A stretch of DNA of 64,000 nucleotides from positions 1,452,164 to 1,516,163 of the forward strand of contig JALDTO010000098.1 in assembly GCA_023515725.1 (NCBI GenBank). The letters run 5' to 3'. Positions 24,472 through 38,153 of this stretch are shown piece after piece. Every line of letters begins with the position of its first letter. Position 1 is the stretch's first letter. The stretch comes from Amoeboaphelidium protococcarum X5. Taxonomy: Eukaryota > Fungi > Aphelidiomycota. The position numbers and the translations under genes were made by a program. The notes beneath the pieces were generated by a model. It worked only from the letters and a program-made list of their open reading frames with translations. It did not search any database and was not told the origin of the DNA.

Positions 24472-25092
24472 GCTATATTAGATTACTATCTTAATGGAGC
24501 TATCAATGGCTTATAATGTAGAAGACATAGATAAAGAAAAATGACGATAAGGAAGTTAAGAGTCAAGCAAATTTCTGAGCTGGTTCATACTTCGGCGTCC
24601 AGTGAAGTTACCATGACAACGGATGTAATGACCGTCGCATTATAGCGCTATGACTAATCCTACCTCCTATTCCTATTCTATTAACGAATGTGTTGCTGCT
24701 TTTAGCAAAATTACGCGTTTAAACAATTTATATAAATAAACCAGCCTTCTTCAACCAGGGTTTTGACAACGACAGCATTCTCCAGCAGAATTTTCATGCA
24801 TTCGGAGAAATGCGTTTTTTGGTGCATTATATATTCCATCTATATAGATCAAGATAATGTGTTTCAAAATCTTGTTTTTTCATAAATATAAAATTCATAC
24901 TTGATTATATATGATAGTGTAGTCTTGTAAGTTGTTGCGGGTTAAAAAACGGTTATTACTTAGAATAACTAAAGTCGAAATTACGCCCTGCCCGGTGCCT
25001 GATTATCTAATACACTTCAAGGCTAAATTTAACAATGTGGATTGACCGCTCTTACTTTATTCTTGGTTAAGTCAACACGTAATCAAAAAAAT

Positions 25093-26976
25093 ATGTTGGA
25101 TCAGGATATTTGGATTCGCTACGTGTATACTGCGGTATGTTTGCCGTTGACAACTGTGGCATTGATAGCAGTGATGGCGTGCGCTGCTGCTATCAACGTT
25201 ATCAGGCTATATGACGATGAAACACAGTATATCACTTTTGTGCTGACATCTATCCTAACGCAACTGGGTATCGTGAATATGTTTATATCGGCTTACGCCT
25301 TTGGTATGGCTTATTAATATGTTACATCGTGGCGTCGTAGGTGGAAGCTTTACGTGAAAGAGTTTGTAGGCTACTACGTGTTTCTTGCCCTGATCAGCTA
25401 TTCTGCATATCTAGATGTCTTACCTAGAGCATGGCTATTTACACTTCATTCCACGGTGGCTGCAATTTATATATATCTGATAAGGCCGTTAATATTTCGT
25501 CCAGATTTTGTCGAAGCTGAGCACAATCCAATGCTGGCCCTGTTCGAACATGATGAGTTTTGTTGTCGCAATGAGACTCCTCTGTTTCGCTTATCCGCTG
25601 GTCACGATCATTTTCGCCAGTAATCACAGAGGAAGACACGCGATGGAGCAACAGACTCGGGATATACCAGGTAATTTTTATCCTTTATCAAGTCAAGACT
25701 GAGGCTTCCAAAGTCATTTAGTGGTATTGAAAGAGCTATTTTGGGTATGGTTATTGTAAAGGTCCTCACTTCTTGGACTGTTTATGTTTGGAGTATTGAT
25801 CTTAGTGCCGTACTTTTATTTCCTATTAGTATTGCTGCCTGGTTCATGTGGCTCGAGAGGGAGCAACATTTTTATAGAGACTTTAGTTATACTTGGTTCT
25901 TGCTTATAATGCCTGAATTTTATCTGAATATTCTTGCATCCATATACTTTTAGACTAATAGCTTCATTACAGCAGGCGACACGTCGAATCAAATTGCCGT
26001 CCTCATTGTGTATGAAATGCTAGTCTCTATCGTGTCAAAGATATTTTACCATCTAGTGCTTAATGTCGCTTCATAAAAAGAGTAGGCACCGGTATTGCTA
26101 TTTCCTGTTTATCTATATCAGTATCTGATTTAGTTCTTTTTGCTACTGTCCGTTAAAGAGTTTAGAAGTCCTACATTCTGGATTTCTGTGAGTATTGCAG
26201 TTGCGTTCAATATTATTGACATTACTGGAGCAGCGACTGAGATTTTCATGTAAGTGTAAAAGAAGCTTCGTAAAGATGATGTTGGAATATAATTAGGCTT
26301 TTATGGCCGCGGTGATTAGTAAGAGGTAAAGTCCATGGGCGTAAAGAATGACATTACGGGTGCTTAGAGAGTAATTAAAAGTTCACGTCTGGACTCGGAT
26401 TCAACCGAGACTGTAGTTGATCAAAGCTATGATGAAGAAGCAGACAAAGATGACATTGCGGGATACTATCTGAAAAAGTCTTATACATACGCTCTGATAA
26501 CGATGCAGGTCAAGTCTGTGAGTATCCTTATAGCCGGATTAATTGGCGCTAGTATTTCTTTCATGGATCTTCGGTCACTTTATCTGCTGAATCTTATATC
26601 GAAACTTCCATTTGATCTAAAAGGGACAGCCTGCGTTTATCTATGTAACCATTTGGATTAAAGTCTGACCGAGAGGATCATTGTTATAGTTGTGTCTTAC
26701 ATTATCATCGCGTCTATTGCCATTGCACTGTGCATTTTTAAAATGTCAAAGAGATATAACGGTGCTTAGTCCTTTCCATAGATTAAGAATAGCAGCGATG
26801 GGAAGAATACCGCCGAAAGATTGAAAATATAGCTACTTTAGAATGCTCTGGAGGTCATTTGTTTGTCTAAAGGTCATTTATCACGTCAGTTTGGTAATGG
26901 TAAACATTTACTCTATTTCGTGTGCGTGATTACGCACGCAAGCTGGTCTTTTCTGTCATACTTACAGTAACGTTGA
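25093..26976 (+). CDS. Multi-pass membrane protein of unknown function, 627 aa
   Basis: Continuous frame joining ORFs 25042, 25354 and 25741, with ten or more hydrophobic segments. Confidence 0.75.
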
Positions 26977-27054
26977 TGTAAATTGGCAATAAGAGGGAAT
27001 GATAGAGAAATGTGTGCGCGAGTTAATGAATTATTCATTATTCAGAGAAAGCAA

Positions 27055-27654
27055 TCAATTTTCAACCATTTTTTGCACAAAGTAGGCGGCCCACTCAACC
27101 ATGTACATGGATCTGATCTGCAGAAGCGTCTCCTTGTGCTTATTGTCGGCAGGATCGAAATTTGGCACTTGTTTCACCTCTTGATCGCTCAGCATTTCGT
27201 TGATGCGTTGATCAAATTCTTCCTTTTTGAAATCCTGCTCTTTGCCCATCACAATCATCTTGAGCAAGTGACCAATACTCTCGCTTTCATGTCCAGCATC
27301 ACCATTGAAGGTGCTGTACTGGCTAGCAGCTCGCGCACAATCGAAAAAGTGATCCAAGCAGAATCTCAGCGTCACCTCCCACTGATTCCATTGCTTCTTG
27401 GGGATTCGAGTCTGCACTGAGGACAAAACGTGAGCCTGGACGCGCTTGACAAAGCTTTGTCTCACAGCCACACTCCACTCGTTCCACCTCTTCTCAACCA
27501 TATTGAGGCTCCGTTGCAGCTCAGGATTAAGCTTATCATCACTACTCTTATCCTGCTTCTTTTGCTAGCGCACATTGATGATTTGCTGTGCGATTGATGC
27601 ATTTTACTGCACCTATTACACACTCTGCACTTGATCTTGAGCTTGCGAAGACAT
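27055..27654 (-). CDS. Hypothetical protein, 199 aa
   Basis: MSSQAQDQVQSVQQVQQ... in frame with the 148-aa ORF; ends in TGA. Confidence 0.7.
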
Positions 27655-28051
27655 TTTTGGTATTACAGCTGAACTTGGCAATTATAGATTATAAATTTCG
27701 TATCGGCTACTGTTAAAGTAAGACTGTTATATTGACAAAAGAGTGGTAGAATGTAATAACTAAGTTTGTGGTTGTTTCGAGTACAATTTACTGCTGGCCA
27801 ATCACCTGCAATCTTATAAATAGCCTGATTAGCCTCAATCTAAGCAAAGCGTTGACAAGTTCTGAGTAAACGCCGCTATAAACGGATGCTCGTCTAGTAC
27901 TCTGTCATGTAATTATGAAGATGAGATAAATGTGAAAACTACTTTGAGCATTGCAGATTTTCGATGCAATACATGCGAGATATAATCACAAGATAATGAG
28001 AGCAACCAAAGCAAGACGAGTCTTTTCGAATAAGATGTATATTTATAAATT

Positions 28052-28585
28052 TCAACACAAAACTAATAGAATAATAGTAGATAAAGCTGCAGTAAAAGAG
28101 TGATGCAAAAGTGAGTTAGTGGTGCCATTCGAGTTGTCAGTCACGTTACGACCACATGGTCCGATGCATTACTGAGGTGCAGGAGGCCTTGCAATAGCGG
28201 ATGTATTGCCAGTAGCAGTACCAATGATTTAAAACGGCGAGCCATAATCGTAGTCTGGCTGGGCATTACCTACAGCATTATTATAACTGATTCTGATACT
28301 ATAAGTGGAAGTGAATAGATAATCAGGCACCGTCCAGCCGCAGTAGGTGGACTATGGAGATAGCGCATTGCAAAGAGTAGTCACGTACACAACCTTCGAC
28401 GGTGGTCCTGTGATTAGCTCTACAGACAAAAAATTGGCAGCAGGACCTCCTTCATTAATTTGCCAACGAACCCCCACTTGTTAATTCACCTGCCACGTAG
28501 TATTCTGACCAGGATCAATGACCGCGTAACGCGCATAGACGTGAGAGAATAGAAGCAAGGAAGCCAACAACGATTGCATAATCAT
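28052..28585 (-). CDS. Secreted, probably GPI-anchored surface protein (Kre9/Knh1-N-like Ig fold), 177 aa
   Basis: Signal peptide MIMQSLLASLLLFSHVYA, P..TTWQVNQQVGVRW, WTVP..YSIRI..YGSPFQI, and a hydrophobic C-terminal tail. Confidence 0.7.
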
Positions 28586-28860
28586 GTTTTTTAATACAAA
28601 ATAGCCAGTTTAGCAAAGTAATGTAACAGAAATTATGGAGCTTAAACTATTAATGAAAGTAGAGTGAAAAGGACTATAATTGTTCAACAAGGGGCTTTCT
28701 AATTAAAGCATATCGCGATCAATTGTTTCAGACCCTGAAAATTCTAAAAATTCACCTTACCTCACCTTCTCAATGATGATGATAGACTTCTGTAATGTCT
28801 TAATCATTTATATGTGTTATAACATAGCTTATATTTTATTAATTTTAAAATATAATTAAT

Positions 28861-29820
28861 TCATTGAGCAATTTCAATCACAATTTTACCCTTCACCTTT
28901 CTGTCTTCAAGATATTTGAACGCTTCGACCGTGTCTTCAAACTTAAAAACCTTGTCGACATAAGGCTTGATCGCGAAGGACTCTGCCAATGATTTCATTT
29001 CATCCAGCTCTTTTCTAGAATTACTAGCAGTAAATTGGACACAATTTTTTGTCCACGCACACTGAACTAGAGGATACATACCGCCGCCACCCACAACGTA
29101 CGTACCAGTCTTCTATAAGAGAGGTAACAGACGCTTAACAGAATCATAACACGCCATGTCCAGGATTACATCAAACTTCTCCGTCAACTTTGTTACATCT
29201 TCTTTGTCATAGCAGATGACAGAATCAGCACCGAGTTCCTTGATCATATCCGCCTTTGAACTCTGGCCAACTGCAACAACATATGCACCATAGTGCTTAG
29301 CGATTTGAACTGCAAATGATCCAACGCCGCTCGTTGCACCATTAATCAACACTTTGTCCCCTTTCTTTACTTTACCATGGTCTCTCAAAGCCTGCAATGC
29401 AGTAACACATGCTTCTGGAATACAAGCGGCCTACTTGAAATCCAGATTGGATGGCTTGAGGGAGAAAAGCTTTTCAGGCTTACAGACGTATTCGCTCAGG
29501 CTGCCCATGTTTGCACTGGAGATATCACCCCAAATCTGATCACCGACTTTCAAATCTTTAACTTTAGGCCCGACAGCCTCAACTACACCAGCAACATCAG
29601 ATCCTAATATCTTTAGGCTTGGACTAGAAAAGCCGAAAACTAAGCGGATCATCCAAGGATCGGCCTTTAACAGACGCAGGTCGGACGAATTTAGAGATAC
29701 CGCATGCACTTTCACTAACACTTCGTCCTCCTTAGGAATCGGCTTATCAACGTTTTTCATGTACAAAGCATCAGGACTTCCATACTTATCCCGCCAAATA
29801 GCTCTTATCTGCTCTTGCAT
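28861..29820 (-). CDS. NAD(P)-dependent medium-chain dehydrogenase/quinone reductase-like, 319 aa
   Basis: YGSPDAL, EVLVKVHAVSLN, LGSDVAGVVEAVG, VLINGATSGVGSFAVQIAK, KGKIVI. Confidence 0.92.
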
Positions 29821-30497
29821 TATTTTTAGCGTTCTACTTGACACTGTTGATTTCTGCTTCACTTTCCTAAATGAAACAGCTTAGTTGTTTGTTTCAAAGT
29901 ATTAAAACAATGAATATATTAATGAAGACGATTGTATATTATACAGTGATTCACAGTATATAAAAGAGAGTGGACGACAGTTCGCACTCCAACGTACGTC
30001 TCAAGCCACAATAGCAATGGCGCTGTGCCACTGAGGGTAACGTTGTTTGATCACACGATCAACACAAAGCAGGTTCATTATGCATCGATCCTCCACTATG
30101 TGCCATTCCACGTGCGAGGCAACTCTAAATCTCACGCATAGATCATCTTCATTGTCATCAATATACATATATCAAACAATGGAATATGTAATACAAAAGT
30201 GTGAATGTAATCAAGATACTGCTGCGACTCAGGTGTGAAAACGCCACATATTATTTAAACAAGATTGCCTTAAACTGTAATTACTCTCAACACGGCACAA
30301 CTTCGCCCATGTAATGAAACAGTCAAGTTGAATAAACTAGCAGTATTACTTCAGCGTGTCAGCCACCATGAAGAAGGAAAAAATAAACACAGAATATCCT
30401 GTATGAATAGATTATGTATGCATTTACGACTTTATAACTGTATGAAATGGATGTGATTACAACTACAATGAGGCGCAGCAATACAAGTTTAGGAAGA

Positions 30498-30514
30498 GTG
30501 TGTGTGTGTGTGTG
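30498..30514. repeat. (GT)8 microsatellite
   Basis: Directly visible. Confidence 0.9.
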
Positions 30515-30869
30515 AAATGATCCGGCAATAGTCGTGCGGGTGGAACGAAACGCGTCCGGCCATTGTTCTTTACTCTTCATTCGTCTGCTCGATCACAATC
30601 AGTCACTCATTCAGTCAGTACTTTTGTATTGTAATTGTCAAGTAATCATCACTGCTGTTGGCACTGTGAAAGTGAAGTATTGTCTACCATACACCTGTGC
30701 ATTTAATTGTTTATAACACTATCTTAATTAATTCTGTGAATAGTTCTGTATATATAGTAGGTACTTAAATATGACCCTTTACAATCGTCATTATACATAT
30801 GTACGGTTCTAATTGGACTTATTCATTTGTGTAGTACCTGTTGGTAATTGTATTGTGGTTATAATAATA

Positions 30870-32996
30870 ATGTCTGATGAGAACGATAATTCTTTGATTC
30901 AGCAAAATAATTCTGGTCATCAGTAGAATAGTCAGTAAAGTTCTGCTGCTGCTGATGCTGTTTCTGTTACTAAGCATCTTGGTAACAACACTGAATCTGT
31001 TAAAGTTTCCCAATTTGAATCCATCTCAGATAATAATAATTAATAGCTGCAACAGTTGTTACCTGGAGCCCGTTCCCAGCAACGGAGTCTGAAATCTTAA
31101 GAATAATCATAATAACAAGATTAGTTGTTATTCTTATCATCATCGTCACTGTTGTCTTCGTAGCAATAGGAAGTGTAGTCGTAGTACCAACAATAACAAC
31201 AACAACATCATCATCCTTTGGAGTTGCATATTGGCAGTGAACTTTATTCTTAAGATAATATTGGCTTATAATCTGCGATTACTAGCTCCGATACTTTGGA
31301 ATAATAATAATAGTTGTAGTAATCACACACCATTGCGAATATCAATCAACTAAATCATAATCAGAACATGTTGATCAGTTCCGCTCTATTACCCAATACG
31401 CCGCCGTTTACGCCTAAGCGTAGTGGAAGTCCAGGATGTATGGTGATTTAGTAAGCTCGACCATAATCGGTGCTTGTCAATAGCTATGATGATTAGAAAG
31501 GGGCTTAAGTCGAGTTTGGCGATCATCAGGAAATGTATAATGGCGGATAATTGCGCAAGCTAGAAGGTGGTAAGGATAATAATCAGTTGGAAGTTGCTCA
31601 TCATGGGAAGTAGCAGCTCGACTTGACACCTGACGCTTCTTCTGCTGCTTCCTCAACTGTGAACGTATTTGATGATCATCATTAATATGGAAGTTTCGAT
31701 TAGCTGGAGCAGTTGTTAACGGGCTCTGGGAATCTTTTGAACGATATTGAAGTAAATGGTGGCGGCGCCAGTTGTGGAGATCATAGTTATCTGCTTGATT
31801 TCCATTATGGTGGGGGAAATCATCACGGATAAATGTAATAGTAGTAATCGTTTAATATTTGCGGCTAGTAGAATAATCTTACAGAGTTAAAGAATACTCA
31901 GAAGGAGGATGATGACGCTGGAGTTTTCATATCTTAACAACCATAGCAGCAGCAGCCGTAAGATTTTTATACTTTGGGACTGAGTCCATTGTTTAAGAAT
32001 GCTGCTGCCTCTTTTGGAATGGCTTTGAATCTACAAGAGGTTCCTCTGTACAATTAGCATCATTAATTGCATCATTAGCAGTAGTAGTTGTAACATCATA
32101 TCCCAAATAATGGGATGGGGTCTGACGGGTAGCATGGATCATCACTACTGCTGGGAAGCGGTAATTAAAATGCCAAATTGTCGATGGATAAGAAGCCTGC
32201 TGCTATGAGAAGAAGAGCTTTCTCAATGCTGAGTAACAATAATAGCTAGAGTCCTCATATGCATCACGCTAGCATACCTCAAGTTCAGTATTAGCATCAG
32301 GTGTAGAACAGACGCGCCTCCATCAATGAAGGTGCTTACACTAGCCTGTTTGATGAGAGTTATTGGCCTCTGGAGACGTTGCCTACCAATGGATAGCCGT
32401 TACTAGACGCCATGTCTTTTCTGGTTGACAGTCATCCTGGTGGTGATTGTGCTGGTGCGGGATGTCATCACTAGCACCATGCAAATCACTATAGTAGCCA
32501 TAGCGTGGATTCACTGTAGCATTTTGATAACGCCGCGACTGGTAAAGCTAAAAAGTCGCGAAAGAGAAAGAAGATTGATGACGCTCCCGTTGAAGAAGGG
32601 ATTGAAGGTCAGTAGTTGTATGCGTGCGATTTTCCGGGATGTAATAAATAGTTTGACAAGTACCATAATTTGAAGAGCCATGTCAAGAGTCATTCCGTTG
32701 AGCGTCCATACGCTTGCGAGACTTGTGGACTGCGATTCAGTAGAAATCATGATTTGAAGCGTCACGAGCGCATCCACGCTGGCGTGAGACCGTACGTGTG
32801 CGAGTATTGCTAGAAGTCCTTTCTGCGCCTGGATGCGTTGAATAGACATTTGAAAGTGAACAATGGCCGCGGCTGTCGTACGCGCGTGAAGAAGGATGAG
32901 CTAGTCTAATTGGCGGTTGCCGGTATGGAACAACTGCACCAAGACGGCTTCAGTGGTTTTCATGACTAGGCTTTGAATTAGTAACATTATGCTTGA
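30870..32996 (+). CDS. Gln-rich C2H2 zinc-finger transcription factor (Crz1-like fingers), 708 aa
   Basis: Three fingers: YACDFPGCNK..HVKSH, ERPYACETCGLRFSRNHDLKRHERIH, RPYVCEYCQKSFLRLDALNRH. PolyQ runs mix CAA/CAG/TAA/TAG. Confidence 0.9.
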
Positions 32997-33189
32997 TTAC
33001 TTGATTGATTAAAAATGTGCAATATACAGCCTACTCTATATTTCTTGATCTTTTTTATTATGATTTGATTTAGTTTTTGATGTTGGCGATGATAGTAAGG
33101 AGATATGTAAAGCAATCGTAAAGATTAAGACGTCTCATTTAACAAGCCAACATCTATTTATTACAACAATCACTAGCAACTTTATTAAA

Positions 33190-36100
33190 TCAATTTCTCT
33201 TTGGTTCTTTCCATTGATAAAACTCGATGAAAACCACGCTGACATTGTCGGTACTGCCCAACTTCAGACTCTCATCGACCAGAGCTTCACTGATGCCTTT
33301 CGTTCTATTTCCATGTTTCTTCATGTACTTCTTGACAAATTTACGGACAGCATCGGGAGTCATCACATCCCAGAGACCATCACAGGCCAGCACAACATAT
33401 TGTTCATCGCCTCGCATGTCAACCTCCAGGATATCCGCATCTGGAGTTATGACTTTATGCCTAATATTTCCAAATGCTCGCGTCACTGCAACAATACCGT
33501 TGACTCTCAGTATTCCACCCTCCTCAGATATGAATCCGCCCAACTTTTCAATTCTCGCCTTTTCCGCGGCAGATCCAGGCTTATGAGGATCCACTAGCTC
33601 TACAGTCTCCTTCTCCCGATATAGTGATGCCAAAGAGTCGCCTACCCAAGCAACGAACATCTTGTTCTTTCTGAAAACAATCACAACACCAGTACTACCA
33701 GCCGTGGTTGGAAGATAAAGTCTATCAGATGCCTCCTTCAATTCATCCTAAGTTTTTAGGAATGACTCTGTGAGAGCCTTCTTGAAATCAGTATCCAGCT
33801 CGGGATGCTTCATCACGTTATAATGCAGATGAGTCTCCACAAATGCTGCAACGTGGATACCACCATGGCCATCGTAGACTGCATAATATGATATTGGGTC
33901 TTCCACTGCCTATTTTCTGTCCACCAACACGTCAATATAAGGCAGATGAATATGACGATCTTCCATTGTCGGTCTGATTCCTTATTTCGCGCAATACTCA
34001 TACTTGGTGGGAACTTACGGAGCCTCTTGCAGCTCATCTGGATTCTAATCAAACGCTTCAGCATCAGACAGGAGGCGACTTTCTACAATGCCGCTCAATT
34101 GACTTTTTATCTTACCAGCATCATAGACATCTTTATCGGTCAGTTTATACTGATTCGCATGCTAAGCTACGAAATCCAACGCCAACTGTCTAGTAATCTT
34201 GGCGACAAAGTAATCCCAAACTGCAACGGAAGTGAACTGCTTCTACGACTTGAAAGTGTACATCAGAAACTGAGGATTAGTGTATATGTCATGGATGACG
34301 TGCCCGAGGCAAAACTTTTCCAAGTCTCTAGGTAGCACCGTCTCTTGTACATTGAAAAAGAATGGAAACTGAGCAGAGCTCTGCTTCTTATTACTATCCT
34401 CAGCGGGCGCCAAGTTTTCAGTCACTGCACTGACGGCAGATTTCCATACAGATTTGATATCAGTCAACCAACCAGCCATATCCATTGACTGATCAGCACT
34501 TTCCAGAATATAGGATCTTCCTCTGGTGGTGATTTTGATCTATTCCACAGGCGTAATTATTGCAACTTTAGCTTACTACTACTACTACTTCTCCTCTTCG
34601 ACTTTCTTATCTGGAACTGTGATCTTGGTAATCATGGTGGGATAGGTAGGATTCAACTCAATTTCATCCGACTCTGCAGCACTGTCATTAGACTTGATCT
34701 CAATCTGTGTGCCCATACTATCCTCTTTAACTATTTCTTGCTAAACGTCACTCTCACGCTTAATAGAAGAATCCGCACCTTGTTCTATTGATGATTAATT
34801 ATCTCCTTCATTCATGCTACTATCAATTGTAATTTCCTACTTTGGAAGCTCTGCAATACTAAGCTGCACTTCAATACTCTTTTCAATGTCTTTTACTTCA
34901 GCAGACAGATCTTCAATGACAATTTCAGCAGTCTTGGCAATTTTACTCCCACCGCTACCCGGAGAGTCGGCGCTATCAGCCTTCTTTACAATCTCCTTAA
35001 TGACTGGCGGATAAGTGGACACATCAACCACGTCCTTCAATCTAATCTCAACCTGAATTTCTTGATCTTTCTCGTCAACAGACATTAAAAGACGCACCTG
35101 CTATAGAGTACAATGCTTTTGCAGTTTCTTTGTACAATCACCAATCTGCACCAAGAGCACACCTTCACGAATCGACTTGTTGGCATTCCGTTCGGCGACT
35201 GCTGTGGGAGTACTAGCCTGAACGACTGCTCTTATACGACGCAGAATATAATCTGCCCACTCGAGAACGTGTTAATTGGTAGGACCAAATTTTTTTATGC
35301 CACCAATTACATGTTCCTCTAGCTGAGTGCGCATAATAATCTTTATACTCTACTGATCAAAAGTGACATTGAACAGAAACCAAAAGGCAGCCTCTACATT
35401 CTACTCTCGCTCCTAATGTATAGTCAGAATCTGCTTAATCATTGGGAATACGCCCATCTAAATTAGAGAGTGAACACTTTCTGGTTATAAAGCTAAATTT
35501 CCAAGTAGCCAGCAAAACTGCTCACAAATCTAAGGATCTTGAAGATTTCCACCATTCGCCGAGTTGGTGATCATGAAGCCCATTCTATCAATCACATACT
35601 TCCGAGCATGCGACTCCACCGTAAGATTTCTGAATAGCCATAAGAATGAAGCAACAGACTGTCGATCATTCATAGCGGCGGCGAATTTCTAATGCAGAAC
35701 CTCAATCCATGAATTGTCCAAAATAGCCTTAGAGTTGTGCTCAGCCAAGTTAATCAGCGATCTTATAGCCTCGCGCATTACATCCTGAGGAATCATTGGA
35801 GTCTTTAACAACTCAAAGATGGCCTTAATACGACTTTCTTCTCCATTCTTATGAGACTTAGCATTTCTGCTTAAGATCATCAGCAAAAGTAGAATCTTGT
35901 CCAAAAATGGATTCTTGTCATCTGACACCAACTCAAAGATTAAGCTAATCAGTTCACTATTATACTGGAATGTCTGCGCAGCTTTATAGTTAGACATGAC
36001 TCTATAATGTGCAATAAAATCCATAAGATATTACTTGCAGCTCTCGCGCTATTTCACTGTCATCTTCTTATAATCAAACTTTAATACCTTGGATAGATCT

Positions 36101-36972
36101 TCTGCTACACGCGCATGATCTTGATCAGATGCAGGTGCCGTAAATACAGGACTATTCAGAGACTGATCAGCTTCGTTAGGCTCTCCAGTCACCACGTCAA
36201 CTCTCTCGTAATTGTTCGTAGCGTCAGGTACAGTAGTCATCGTATTGGAGCTATTGACTGATATTTATGTCTAATTCTCACCATAATTCGATGAGGTAAG
36301 CGACTGATACTGCTTTGGCAGAGTGTTTCCTCGACCGGCCATCAATGAATTGCTATTATCACGATCCTTCAGTATAGGCACAGTATCCTCAGCTTCAGTT
36401 GATTCGGAAGTAATTGCACTAGACGGTTGCGTTGGCAGGGAACTTCCTGCGGTGTATTATTACGGAGTGCCTACTTCATAGCGGATAGTGTGTTCATCAT
36501 CATCATTATTAAATTGGTCCTTACTGCCAGAGCGGCTCTATTGATTGCTTCCATTACTATTGGTGCTATTCTAAATAGCTTCAATTCTTAGCGGCTTACG
36601 ATCTTTGCTCATATCTCCAGTTTATGCAGCGCTAGTGTCATTAGACATTCGAGGCAAAGACACTTGATCTGCATCAGTGTTAAATAGACTTACATCACTA
36701 TGAGCACCAGTCAACTTCTTCATACCTACTCCTCCTTCCTATTGCTGACCACTGCTACCACCAGCGACACTCAGAAACTGACCAGCAGCACTTATATCTG
36801 GGCGCACAAACTAATGATTAGACACTCGGACGGAGCCAGTGAAATCATTGTGCTACTATAATACTCTATCATCAAGCAGTGGAGTTGGGGATGAAGGCTG
36901 TTCGCCAGACAATTCCGCCTGAGGACTTTCAACTCGGATATCACTATTAATATCTTCTTTTTCCTAAGACAT
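33190..36972 (-). CDS. PP2C/PPM phosphatase (PPM1E/F-like catalytic domain) with an ARM-like helical region, 1260 aa
   Basis: ORFs 36240, 36024, 35097, 34485 and 33741 share one frame. Motifs MEDRH, YDGHGG, GSTG, AWVGDS, RVNG..VTRAFG, LACDGLWD, GSTDNVS. Confidence 0.9.
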
Positions 36973-37224
36973 GAGATTTCTAACTTTCTTTGATTTTTAA
37001 TTCTAAATGAATGCGGATGATAAATAAATCAAAGAGTTCAATGATGATTATTAGACAAAGGGCCAAGTGCTGAACCAAAGTTGGTTGATATTCATTGCGT
37101 TTCAAGTGGTTGCTAAGGGCTCGTCTTTACTGTCGGTTAATCACTAAGGCAAGTCTACAGTGGAAAAAGTAAGAATCTTACTGCTACATTGGTATAGCTC
37201 TATTTAACTTAGAATACGATTTAA

Positions 37225-37884
37225 TCATTAATAGTACATCATAGCGCTGTAAGCTACACCAAATAGCGCACCGATGAATTTCTCAGCGAACGAATGATAG
37301 TAAGTGCTGGTGATGATGAGCATGAAAAGCCACAAAGCGAGTAAAGCTCTCAGAGCAAACAATAACGCGCGGGTTAGAACGCTCCCAACACCAATCAAGA
37401 AACGACCTCTGGACAGGACTCCTAATTCCTATCTGATGACCAGAGAAGAATGGAGAAGGATGAAGCAGTGCCCGCTAATGTCGAATGAGTTCCAAGTGTG
37501 CTGCATTCGCCTGCATGAATGATAATCAGTCAAAACGGTAACATTCTACTCAGTCTAACACTAAGCATAAGGATTCCAGTGCTTGTAAAAGTTGTCAAAT
37601 ACCAACACAGTCATTGAGTACCAATAGAGAGTGGCTAGAAGTAGGCGACCGAGAAGGCGAGTCTATACGGGCGATCGTTGACAAAGTAGTGCCGCACCGA
37701 ACAATAAACCACTCGTCCATGCCCAGCCCATCTTAACAAACTTATGATTCAAATACTAGATCCAGTCGACATTATACAAATTGATTCCAATACTGTCTAA
37801 TAGCGATTCTCCAAAGAGCGAGAATGATACAATTATACTCAAATAGATTAAGATATCCGTCCGTCTGCGATAAAAAGCCATCAT
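37225..37884 (-). CDS. FIT-family (Scs3/FITM2) acyl-CoA diphosphatase, 219 aa
   Basis: FVKMGWAWT, FDISGHCFIL, WLFMLIITSTYYHSFAEK; absent from the supplied ORF track. Confidence 0.88.
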
Positions 37885-38153
37885 AATGATTCGTAACTGT
37901 CAAGAAAGAAGCAATTGTCGCAAGATCAGCGCCCGCTATCACTCAAGTACTGTCGAGATATGGTAAAAATCTTGCAATGCTAACAATTGTTACGCCGACT
38001 CTCATATTGTTCAACACTTCTAATGTATCAATAAATGCGTTGATTTATTACGACCCACTGCAATTAGAAGTAATGCAAAGCAAATTTAAACGGTTTGAAG
38101 CCAAAAATTGTATCAATTTTCTTATTCCGTTAAGCTTCATAGTAGAAATCATT

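Noticed and set aside
28861-29820. Horizontal origin of the MDR oxidoreductase
   Set aside because: It looks bacterial-like, but the family is widespread in eukaryotes; cannot be supported without a tree.
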